Source of the DNA: an uncultured Gemmatimonadales bacterium
GTDB lineage: Bacteria > Gemmatimonadota > Gemmatimonadetes > Gemmatimonadales > GWC2-71-9
Direction of reading: 5' to 3'
Length of the DNA stretch: 64,000 bases
Assembly (NCBI GenBank): GCA_963817575.1
Contig: CAWFOY010000009.1
Coordinates: 10,780-74,779 of the forward strand
The notes beneath the pieces are model-generated. The model saw only the letters and a list, made by a program, of their open reading frames with translations. It did not search any database and was not told where the DNA came from. The position numbers were made by a program, and so were the translations under genes. This document shows positions 11,563 through 19,260 of the stretch, one piece after another (the stretch's first letter is position 1; each line of letters begins with the position of its first letter).

Positions 11563-13890
11563 ATGGCCCCGAGCCTCACACGCCGATTTCCCGCGCTGAC
11601 CGCGGCCGCGCTCTACGCGGCCGTGGTGGCTCTCGCCTTCTGGCCGTTCTGGCAGGGGAAGTTCCTCGTCAATCCGATGAGCGATGCGCGCACCGGGTAT
11701 CCCGTCCGCGAATACGCGGCCGAGTACCTGAAGGCGCACCACGCCTTCCCCGAATGGATGCCGTACACCTTCGGCGGCATGCCCTTCATCGCCAATACCG
11801 CGCATGGCGACACGTTCTATCCCACGTTCCTCCTGCGGCTCGTGCTCCCCCCCGACGCCGGCATCACGCTCGGGTTCATGCTGCATCTCGTGCTCGCCGG
11901 ATTGTTCATGTTCCTCTTTCTCCGGGCCATCCGGCTGGAGTGGGGGGCGTCGTTCGTCGGTGGCGCCGCGTACCTGATGAGCGGGCAAGTGGTGTCGCTG
12001 GTGAGTCCGGGACATGATGGGAAGCTGTTCGTGAGCGCGCTCCTCCCGCTCGCTTTGTTGTGTCTTTACCGAGGCGTGACCCGCGGCTCGTGGCGGAGCT
12101 TTGTTGGATTCGGGGCCACGGTGGGGCTCGCGCTCATCTCACCCCACTTCCAGCTCACCTACTACCTGCTGATGGCGGCAGGATTCTTCTGGCTCTATCT
12201 CGTCTTTCTGAGCGGCGAGCGGGCACCTGAGCATTCCTGGCTCTGGTATACCGGGCTTTTCGCCGGGGCGCTGGGGATCGCATTCGCCTTCGCCGCCGTT
12301 CAGATGCTGCCATTCCTCGATTACCTGCGATTCTCCCCCCGCGGCGCCTCCGGGAGTACCAGTACCGGTTGGGACTACGCCACCGGCTGGTCCATGCCCC
12401 CGGAGGAGCTGCTCGGCGTTCTCTGGCCGGCCTTCATGGGGGTCCTGCAGGACTATTGGGGACGAAACCCGTTCAAGCTGCACAGCGAGTACGTCGGGGT
12501 CGTGGTGCTGATGCTCGCCACGTTCAGCTTCCGGCTCGAGGGCCGGAAGCGCCTCGCCTGGTTCTGGGTGTTCCTGGGAGTGTACGGCGCCCTCTTCGCT
12601 TTCGGGGGGTACACCCCGTTCTACCGGATCCCGTATCACCTCCTGCCGGGCATCCGGATGACCCGGGCGCCGAGCATGATCTTCTTCCTCACCTCGTTCA
12701 GCCTGGCCGCCCTGGCCGCGATGGGCCTCCAGGCCCTGCTGACGGTTGAAGACGCCGTACGGCGGAGGCGCCTGGTCTGGTGGGCCGGTGGGCTCGGAGT
12801 CGCAACGCTGCTCGCGCTCGCCGGTGGCTTCCGCCCGGTGATGGAAGGGGTCGCGATCCCGGAGCGCTTCAGCGGTCTCATCACCAACGAACCGGCCTTC
12901 AAGCTCGATGCCGCCCGCGTCCTGCTCTTCGCGCTCCTCACCGCGGCACTCTGCTGGCGGCGACTGCCTGAGACGGTCTGGGGGCTCGCGCTGGGCGGGC
13001 TGGTTCTGCTCGAGCTGTGGACCGTCGAGCGGCACTTCATCCAGTGGACCCCTCCGGCTCGCGTGAGCTTCGTGGCCGACGGCGTGGTGCAGGCGCTGCG
13101 CCCGGATACATCTGTCTTCCGTGTCCTGCCGTACCAGGTCTACGACGAGAACCGGAACTACCTGATGGCGCACCGGGTCCGATCGGTGCTGGGATACAAC
13201 GGACAGGAGCTCCACCGCTACGACGAGCTGCTGGGCGGGAAGAACATCTGGCAGAACATGGGGAACCCGGCGCTCTGGCGTTTGCTCGCCGTCAAGTACC
13301 TGGTCCTGCCACAGCCGCTGGAAGGGCAGGGGATCGTCCCGATCGCCGGGCCGGTGGCGGCCCACGACGGCCAACAGGTCTACGTGTACCGGTTCGAGGG
13401 CGCCTTGCCATTTGCGTACCTCGTTCCCGAGGCGGTGAAGACGGCGGAGGACCAGATGGTCCCCACCCTGGTGGATCCGCGCTTCGACCCGCGCCGGTAT
13501 CTCCTCGTGCCCGTCGACGGATCGGTCGGCGTCTCCGCGCCCCTCGGCGTGCCGGAGCCGATCGCGGCACCGGTGACGGTCGCATCGCCACACGAGGGCC
13601 ACTATCGATTCGACTTTGCCCCCACGGCCGCGGCGGCCTACCTGTTCATTTCGGAGAACTACTATCCGGACTGGCACGCAGAGGTGGACGGAAAGCCGGC
13701 GGAGGTCGTCCGGGCACAGTACTCGCTGATGGCCGTTCCGGTGCCGGCGGGGGCGACTTCGGTGGAGTTGAGCTTCGCCTCGGCGGCCTTCCGGCGGGGA
13801 CACTTCATCACGCTGGGGATGCTCGCGGCCTTGCTGATCATCGCGGGAACGGGGGTCCGGGGACGGCGGCGGGAGGCTCCCGGTGGCTGA
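11563..13890 (+). CDS. YfhO-family polytopic membrane protein (GT-C-like)
   Basis: W.PY.FGGMP, many TM helices, C-terminal SENYYPDWHAEVDG...VPAG motif. Confidence 0.8.
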   Translation: MAPSLTRRFPALTAAALYAAVVALAFWPFWQGKFLVNPMSDARTGYPVREYAAEYLKAHHAFPEWMPYTFGGMPFIANTAHGDTFYPTFLLRLVLPPDAGITLGFMLHLVLAGLFMFLFLRAIRLEWGASFVGGAAYLMSGQVVSLVSPGHDGKLFVSALLPLALLCLYRGVTRGSWRSFVGFGATVGLALISPHFQLTYYLLMAAGFFWLYLVFLSGERAPEHSWLWYTGLFAGALGIAFAFAAVQMLPFLDYLRFSPRGASGSTSTGWDYATGWSMPPEELLGVLWPAFMGVLQDYWGRNPFKLHSEYVGVVVLMLATFSFRLEGRKRLAWFWVFLGVYGALFAFGGYTPFYRIPYHLLPGIRMTRAPSMIFFLTSFSLAALAAMGLQALLTVEDAVRRRRLVWWAGGLGVATLLALAGGFRPVMEGVAIPERFSGLITNEPAFKLDAARVLLFALLTAALCWRRLPETVWGLALGGLVLLELWTVERHFIQWTPPARVSFVADGVVQALRPDTSVFRVLPYQVYDENRNYLMAHRVRSVLGYNGQELHRYDELLGGKNIWQNMGNPALWRLLAVKYLVLPQPLEGQGIVPIAGPVAAHDGQQVYVYRFEGALPFAYLVPEAVKTAEDQMVPTLVDPRFDPRRYLLVPVDGSVGVSAPLGVPEPIAAPVTVASPHEGHYRFDFAPTAAAAYLFISENYYPDWHAEVDGKPAEVVRAQYSLMAVPVPAGATSVELSFASAAFRRGHFITLGMLAALLIIAGTGVRGRRREAPGG

Positions 13891-14602
13891 GCGCTTCCTC
13901 GTCTGCATTCCGACGTATAATGAACTCCTGACCCTGCCGCAGATCGTACCGGCGGTCCTGCGCCAGGATTCACGCTTCGAAGTCCTGGTCATCGATGATG
14001 CGTCGCCCGATGGCACCGGGGAGCTGGCCGACCGGATGGGGCACGAGGATCCCCGCGTGCACTGCCTCCACCGGACGGCGAAGGAGGGGCTGGGGAAGGC
14101 CTACCTGGCCGGCTTCCGCTGGGCGCTCGAGCGGGATTATTCCCTCGTGTTCGAGATGGATTCGGATTTCTCCCACGATCCGAAGTTCCTCCCCGATTTC
14201 CTGAGGGCGATCGAGCAGGCGGATCTGGTGATCGGGTCGCGCTACAAGACCGGCGTCAACGTCATCAACTGGCCGATGTCCCGGCTCCTGCTCTCGTACG
14301 GCGCGAATCTGTACGCCCGGTGGATCACGGGACTCCCGCTGACCGACTCGACCGGCGGATTCAAGTGTTTCCGTCGCGAAGTGCTGCAGGCGCTGAACCT
14401 GAGCCGCGTGGAATCCAACGGCTATGCCTTCCAGATCGAGATGAGCTTCCGCGCGTGGAAGAAGGGCTTCCGCCTCGCCGAGATTCCGATTGTCTTCGTG
14501 GACCGCGTGGAAGGGCACAGCAAGATGAACAGGAAGATCGTGCGGGAGGCGATCTGGATGGTCTGGTGGCTGCGGTTCCGGGCCCTGATGGGGACGCTAT
14601 GA
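13883..14602 (+). CDS. Polyprenol monophosphomannose synthase (Dpm1/Ppm1-like GT2)
   Basis: IPTYNE, DDASPDGT, GLGKAY, MDSDFSHDP, SNGYAFQIE. Confidence 0.92.
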   Translation: MAERFLVCIPTYNELLTLPQIVPAVLRQDSRFEVLVIDDASPDGTGELADRMGHEDPRVHCLHRTAKEGLGKAYLAGFRWALERDYSLVFEMDSDFSHDPKFLPDFLRAIEQADLVIGSRYKTGVNVINWPMSRLLLSYGANLYARWITGLPLTDSTGGFKCFRREVLQALNLSRVESNGYAFQIEMSFRAWKKGFRLAEIPIVFVDRVEGHSKMNRKIVREAIWMVWWLRFRALMGTL

Positions 14603-15424
14603 GCGGCACCAGCTTCTATAAGATGACCGGCTCGGGCAACGACTTCGTCATGCTCGACGGCCGGAGCACAACGGCGGCGGACTGGAGCGCGGACGCGGAT
14701 CGCCGCGATCTGCGACCGGCGGAATGGCGCCGGCGCGGACGGGCTCGTCATCCTCACGCCGGACGGCGACACGACGGTCCGGATGGCCTTCTGGAACTGT
14801 GACGGGTCCCCGGCGGCGATGTGCGGGAACGCGGCGCTCTGCAGCACGAGGTTCGCCGCGCATCTGGGGCTCGCACCTCCGGCGGGGATGAGGCTGGCGA
14901 CCGGGGCGGGGACCTTTCCGACCCGCTGCGTCGGGGAGGGCCATGAAGCGGAGCTCAATCTCCCCGATTTCGACCTTCCGGCCCCGGTCCCGGGAATGGC
15001 ACTGGCGGGGGGCGAGCGCTGGATCGTCCTGGCCCGGGTCGGGGTGCCACACCTGGTCACCCGGGTCGAGGACGTCGAGTGGGTTGACCTGTTCTCGCGC
15101 GGATCCGCGCTGCGGCATCACCCGGCGGTCGGTCCGGCCGGCGCCAACGCGAACTTCGTGTCCGAACCCATCCAGCCGGGCGGTCCGTGGCTCATCCGGA
15201 CCTTCGAACGGGGTGTGGAGGGCGAGACGCTGGCCTGTGGAACGGGCACGGTGGCGGCGGCGGTGGCCCTGGCGGCTCAGGAAGAGGCGGAGCTGCCGCT
15301 CGTGTTCCAGACCCGCTCGGGGCGGCCGCTGCGGGTCAGCGCAGTCCTCACCGCGGGAAAGGCCGCCCAGGTCTGGCTGCGGGGGGAGGGGCGGTTGGTT
15401 TATCAGGGAGTATTGAGCGCCTGA
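14599..15424 (+). CDS. dapF: Diaminopimelate epimerase, frameshifted near 14694
   Basis: FYKMTGSGNDF in one frame; ICDRRNGAGADG, MCGN, GVPH, ERGVEGETLACGTG in the next frame. Confidence 0.9.
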
Positions 15425-15536
15425 GCTTCCACTTACGGACCCGAGTGGGGTCTGTCCTGTAACACAATAACTCACAATCGCTTATGACGTGAGCCTCAGG
15501 CGGGGGAGCCGGTTCTCCACACCTTTCCACTTCCGT

Positions 15537-15564
15537 ACTTAACATAACATATCTTATACGCCAT
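15537..15564 (-). other. Chromosomal dif site (XerC/XerD dimer resolution)
   Basis: Minus strand ATGGCGTATAA-GATATG-TTATGTTAAGT versus E. coli dif GGTGCGCATAA-TGTATA-TTATGTTAAAT; XerD arm 10/11 identical; intergenic at the strand convergence. Confidence 0.9.
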
Positions 15565-15578
15565 AGGTCTATGCCGAG

Positions 15579-15611
15579 AAAAGGGGCGGAACCCGTAATC
15601 GGCCCCGCCCC
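15579..15611 (-). terminator. Rho-independent terminator downstream of the TPR gene
   Basis: GGGGCGG/CCGCCCC stem followed by TTTT on the minus strand. Confidence 0.65.
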
Positions 15612-15612
15612 G

Positions 15613-15654
15613 AGTCCCCAGTCCTCAGTCCTCAGTCCTCAGTCCTCAGTCCTC
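15613..15654. repeat. Heptamer tandem repeat AGTCCCC + (AGTCCTC)x5
   Basis: Read directly; (CTGACCC)x2 follows at 15662-15675. Confidence 0.95.
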
Positions 15655-15675
15655 GCGTCTACTGACCCCTGACCC

Positions 15676-16338
15676 CTACTGCATCCGCCCTTCGGTCAGC
15701 TCCGCCAGCCGCACGTCCGCCTCGGTCCGGCTGGGCGTGTCCGGGTACTGCTCCCGGATCACCAGGAGGACCCGGGTGGCGTCGGCCGGCTTCCCCGCCG
15801 CCCGGTAGGCCCGGGCCGCGCTCAGCAGGTACTGGGCCTTCAGGTAGTCCACATCCGCCCCTCGAGAGGCCTCCTCGTACGCGGCGGCGGCCTGGTCGAA
15901 CCGCTTCACATTCTCGAGGGCCTGGCCCAGCAGACCGCGGGCCGGGACGGCGTAGTCAGGCTTGGGGTTGGTCTTGAGGTAGTCCTCGAGGCCGACCACG
16001 GCCAGTTCGCTCTGCCCGTTGACCATCCGGACCTGGTTCAGCGTGATGACCGCCTCCCGCGCCGACTCGGTGCCCCGGTACGTGTCGATGAGCTTCTGGA
16101 GCTCGCTGGCCGCGAGCGGCAGGTTCCCCGACTCGGCGGCGTTCCGTGCCTGGTCCAGCTGGATCGCGGCCATCCGTTCCTTCCGCTTGCCGCTCTCGAC
16201 GGTGACCCACGCCCCGAGGGCGATGACGCCGAGGGCCGCGAGGCCCCAAAGCAGGTACTTCTGGTTCTGCCGCACCCACTCCATCGGGTCGGTCTTCTCG
16301 GTCTGCGTAGGGGCGCCCGGCTTCACTGTCGTGGCCAT
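15676..16338 (-). CDS. Membrane-anchored tetratricopeptide repeat protein (YfgM-like)
   Basis: N-terminal TM helix followed by TPR-like helices (YRGT...A, YPDT..A). Confidence 0.8.
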   Translation of the reverse strand: MATTVKPGAPTQTEKTDPMEWVRQNQKYLLWGLAALGVIALGAWVTVESGKRKERMAAIQLDQARNAAESGNLPLAASELQKLIDTYRGTESAREAVITLNQVRMVNGQSELAVVGLEDYLKTNPKPDYAVPARGLLGQALENVKRFDQAAAAYEEASRGADVDYLKAQYLLSAARAYRAAGKPADATRVLLVIREQYPDTPSRTEADVRLAELTEGRMQ

Positions 16339-16386
16339 GGATCTCCGGTACGGCTGTTGGAAAAGGTTCGGACTATCAAGTCGAGG

Positions 16387-16461
16387 TGCCCCCGGCGTGA
16401 TTCGAACACGCGGCCAACAGTTTAGGAAACTGCTGCTCTATCCAGGCTGAGCTACGGGGGC
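16387..16461 (-). tRNA. tRNA-Arg(CCT), CCA not encoded
   Basis: GCCCCCG acceptor stem, D-arm AGCTCAGCCTGGATAGAGC, anticodon loop TTCCTAA, GTTCGAATC T-arm. Confidence 0.95.
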
Positions 16462-16471
16462 AAAGCGCGTA

Positions 16472-16501
16472 AAACTATTCTCGGGGAACCGTGGAAGTCA
16501 A
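16472..16501 (-). promoter_or_regulatory. Putative sigma70 promoter of tRNA-Arg
   Basis: TTGACT-N18-TAGTTT, 10 nt before the tRNA. Confidence 0.55.
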
Positions 16502-16525
16502 GTTGGGAGAGCGAGTTACGGGACG

Positions 16526-16564
16526 AAACGAGGCCCCGCGCGTCCAATCCGACGGCGGGGCCTC
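16526..16564 (-). terminator. Hairpin closing islet 1 transcription
   Basis: GAGGCCCCGC/GCGGGGCCTC stem with a short T tract. Confidence 0.5.
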
Positions 16565-16605
16565 CTCGAGTCCCACGGTGGTCAGCAGGCGAGCCTTGCC
16601 CTTCC

Positions 16606-17352
16606 CTACTCCCAGATCTCCACCGAGAACTTTCGAAGATGAACGCTCAGTCGGCCGATCCCGTCTATCGTGGCGATGGAGATCCCCAATGCCCCGATCC
16701 ACTGCCCCACGGAAAGCTTGTTATTCGAAAACACCCGCTGGTCCGGATCCAACCCAGCGATGCTGAGCGCTCCACTCCCCGCCGAGTGGCCGATCGTGTC
16801 AATGTTGAAGCCGCAATAGGTGTGCTCGAGGACGAAGCGCTTCGCACCAAAATGGCCGTAATCGAGCGGGGTGAGCATGACCTTCGCGTCATCTCGCTGC
16901 AGACTTCCCGGAGTGTTCAGCCTGACCCCATTACGGTCCCGATTGAACTGGCACGTGACGGTCATCATCGGTTCCTGATAGACATCCGGAAGTCCACCAA
17001 GCTTGATGTTCAGGGCAACAGCCCAGGGCTCAGGGTCCGTCGTCGCCGGGTCCAGAGACTCCGGCACCGGCAAGCGCACCGCCTCGGGACGGTCGAATTG
17101 CGTCCGCAGGCGCAGCCGGGTTTGCACGGGGCAGCTGTTTGCGGGAAGCAGCACAAACACCGAGTGCGAGGCGAACTGGGGGGCGTTGTAGTGCCGCGAG
17201 ACGGACATGTTGAGGCCGTTTGAATCGGACGAGCTGCCGACGGTCGCTCCCGCCGAGCTGCCCTGCGTCATGGCCCCCCACCCAGAGACATCAATTTCAG
17301 GGCTGAGATTCCCATCTCTAAAATCGACGGAATAGACCATTATCGCTGGCAT
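16606..17352 (-). CDS. Hypothetical protein (248 aa, beta-rich)
   Basis: GGAG RBS and ATG, co-oriented with the islet; no family recognised. Confidence 0.7.
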   Translation of the reverse strand: MPAIMVYSVDFRDGNLSPEIDVSGWGAMTQGSSAGATVGSSSDSNGLNMSVSRHYNAPQFASHSVFVLLPANSCPVQTRLRLRTQFDRPEAVRLPVPESLDPATTDPEPWAVALNIKLGGLPDVYQEPMMTVTCQFNRDRNGVRLNTPGSLQRDDAKVMLTPLDYGHFGAKRFVLEHTYCGFNIDTIGHSAGSGALSIAGLDPDQRVFSNNKLSVGQWIGALGISIATIDGIGRLSVHLRKFSVEIWE

Positions 17353-17392
17353 GGCGGCTCCGGAGGGATTGGTGGGCGGCGAGCGATTGGGT

Positions 17393-19060
17393 TCAGTGAC
17401 GCGACCACGCCGGGCTCGAAGCGCCCCGTGGAAGGTTCGTCACGGTCACTGGTTCCCCGGTCCCGTCCGCGCGCGCCACGACCAACTGGCCGAGTCCTCC
17501 CCCAGGCGATTGAAACACCAGCCATTGACCATCGGGTGACCACGATGGATGGGCGTCGTAGCCGGTGGCGGGCCCTTCCGAGTGACTGATCGCCATGCCA
17601 TCGTGCGTCACGCTGAACACGCCGCCTCCATCTCGATCGATCACCGTGATCCCGTAGTCAAAGGTCCAGAATGCCAGACGTGCCCCATCGGGTGACCATG
17701 CCGGGCCATTCCCGGCGAAACGTGCGCACTCCCCGTTGCTGCAGTACGGCGGGAGGGGGCGCACGTTGGCGCCATCGGAATCCATGAAATAGACTTGGGT
17801 GAAGACGTCACCCCCGAGATCGAGGATCGTGCCTTCGAATGCGATCGTTGCGCCGTCGGGGGACCACGCAGGTGACTCGGACAGGATCAGTCCCGGGATT
17901 GAGTCCAGCACCTTGACATCGGTCCCGAAGGTGGTCGCGTCGAGGATCCACATCGAATTGCTGGTCAAGATCGCGAGCTTGGCGCCGTCCGGCGACCATG
18001 AGGGATCACCGGCCAGGCCTGAACGCCTCACGGCTCCCGATCCATCGGCGTTCATGAGCCAGGTGCCTGCCATGGAGGAGTCGGCGGAGTCGCCCAACAC
18101 GCCGCGGGCGAACGCGATCTTGGTGCGATCCGGCGACCACGTCGGTGCGAAATCGAACGCCGCCCCACTGGTAAGTTGTGTCACGGTCGCCTGGTCAAGA
18201 TCCAGCAGGAAGATGTGTTGAACGTCGTCGCTGCCCCAGCCGACAAACGCGATCTGCCCTGTCGGTGCCGATACAGCATCCCCGGCTCCCGTCGTGAACG
18301 ACACTTTGGCCGATTTACTGAGCGCCTCGCCATCGAGGTCTTCGATCTCTTGTGTGATCAACAGTTCGTAGTCGCTGTCAGGCGCCAGCGGCTCGTCGGG
18401 CACGAATTCCGCGGTCAACTGCTCGGTGTCGGTGAATTGCACGGTTCCGGTCACCCCGGTGAGCCCCCGCTTCAGCTGCACCGTCGTGCCCGTCAGCGTC
18501 GCCGGGTCGATCGGCTCGCTGAACACGATCACGATCCGTGCGTTGAGCGGCACGTCCCGCTTTCCGTCCGAGGGCTCGGTTCGCACGACGATCGGCGGTG
18601 CCGTCGCCGGGACCCTCACCAGGAAGCTGAGCGCGCTCGACGCGCCTACTAAGGCGACCCCAATTTCGAGCGTGTCGCCGGCGCTGGCCTCCACGGCCAC
18701 AGGATCGAATCCACCCGCCACCATCGGCGTGATCACTGTGGTCCCGGTGCGCCAGTTCCGGATGCTGGCCGAGGTCCCGCCGGGGATCTGGTCCTCCGCG
18801 AGCGAGACGTACGCCAGCGTGGCGACTTCCTGCGAGCCCACGACGCTTGCACCGGCTCCAGAGGCCGACGCCGGCGCGGCGCCCGTCACCGGGTCCGACA
18901 CCACGAACGCTGAGGGCGTGATTCCCGGGGGACCGAAGCTGTCGAAGCCGGAATCGGAATCGGAACTGCATCCTGCTATCCATGACAGCAGTCCCAGGGC
19001 CACCCCGGTCCATCCGATCCGGGGCCGCCAAGTGGAGCAGTCGATGCGCTCAGTGTTCAT
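17393..19060 (-). CDS. Lipoprotein paralog 1: shared N-module + Big_5-type Ig domain + TolB/PD40 propeller
   Basis: Lipobox IAGC; RTEPSDGKRDVPLNARIVIVFSEPID; several P.WSPDG repeats. Confidence 0.88.
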   Translation of the reverse strand: MNTERIDCSTWRPRIGWTGVALGLLSWIAGCSSDSDSGFDSFGPPGITPSAFVVSDPVTGAAPASASGAGASVVGSQEVATLAYVSLAEDQIPGGTSASIRNWRTGTTVITPMVAGGFDPVAVEASAGDTLEIGVALVGASSALSFLVRVPATAPPIVVRTEPSDGKRDVPLNARIVIVFSEPIDPATLTGTTVQLKRGLTGVTGTVQFTDTEQLTAEFVPDEPLAPDSDYELLITQEIEDLDGEALSKSAKVSFTTGAGDAVSAPTGQIAFVGWGSDDVQHIFLLDLDQATVTQLTSGAAFDFAPTWSPDRTKIAFARGVLGDSADSSMAGTWLMNADGSGAVRRSGLAGDPSWSPDGAKLAILTSNSMWILDATTFGTDVKVLDSIPGLILSESPAWSPDGATIAFEGTILDLGGDVFTQVYFMDSDGANVRPLPPYCSNGECARFAGNGPAWSPDGARLAFWTFDYGITVIDRDGGGVFSVTHDGMAISHSEGPATGYDAHPSWSPDGQWLVFQSPGGGLGQLVVARADGTGEPVTVTNLPRGASSPAWSRH

Positions 19061-19084
19061 CCTTGCCTCGGTGTACCCATGATT

Positions 19085-19116
19085 CGTTCAACGGATACTT
19101 GAGCCGTGGTTGCTCA
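19085..19116 (-). promoter_or_regulatory. Candidate ECF promoter copy (GAGCA-N16-CCGT-N3-ACG)
   Basis: TGAGCAACCACGGCTCAAGTATCCGTTGAACG, 24 nt upstream of ATG 19060. Confidence 0.6.
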
Positions 19117-19230
19117 CGGTCGCCAGGCAGGGCTATGGCCGTTGGCAATCATCACACCCCGCTCGCTCCCATCCGCCCGAACCCAGCCGATCGAACCTGA
19201 CGACCCGAAAGCGATCGTCTGCCCGTCGGC
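19114..19230 (-). pseudogene. Orphan C-terminal fragment of a TolB-propeller lipoprotein paralog
   Basis: ADGQTIAFGSSGSIGWVRADGSERGVMIANGHSPAWRP* aligns with the paralog 3 end PDGQAIAFSSSGDIHWISADGSRQGRIIANGQSPAWRP*. Confidence 0.8.
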
Positions 19231-19260
19231 CTCCCCTCCCCCACACACCGGCCCGGTGTC

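Noticed and set aside
15425-15570. AT-rich intergenic region with TTCTCCACA as a possible oriC
   Set aside because: Only one imperfect DnaA box, genes converge rather than diverge, and a clear dif site explains the region
15613-15654. Repeat array as CRISPR
   Set aside because: 7-bp contiguous units with no spacers, and no cas genes
16373-16380. CTATCAAG downstream of tRNA-Arg matching half of the palindrome near tRNA-Gly
   Set aside because: Only 8 bp, at a different distance from the tRNA; plausibly chance
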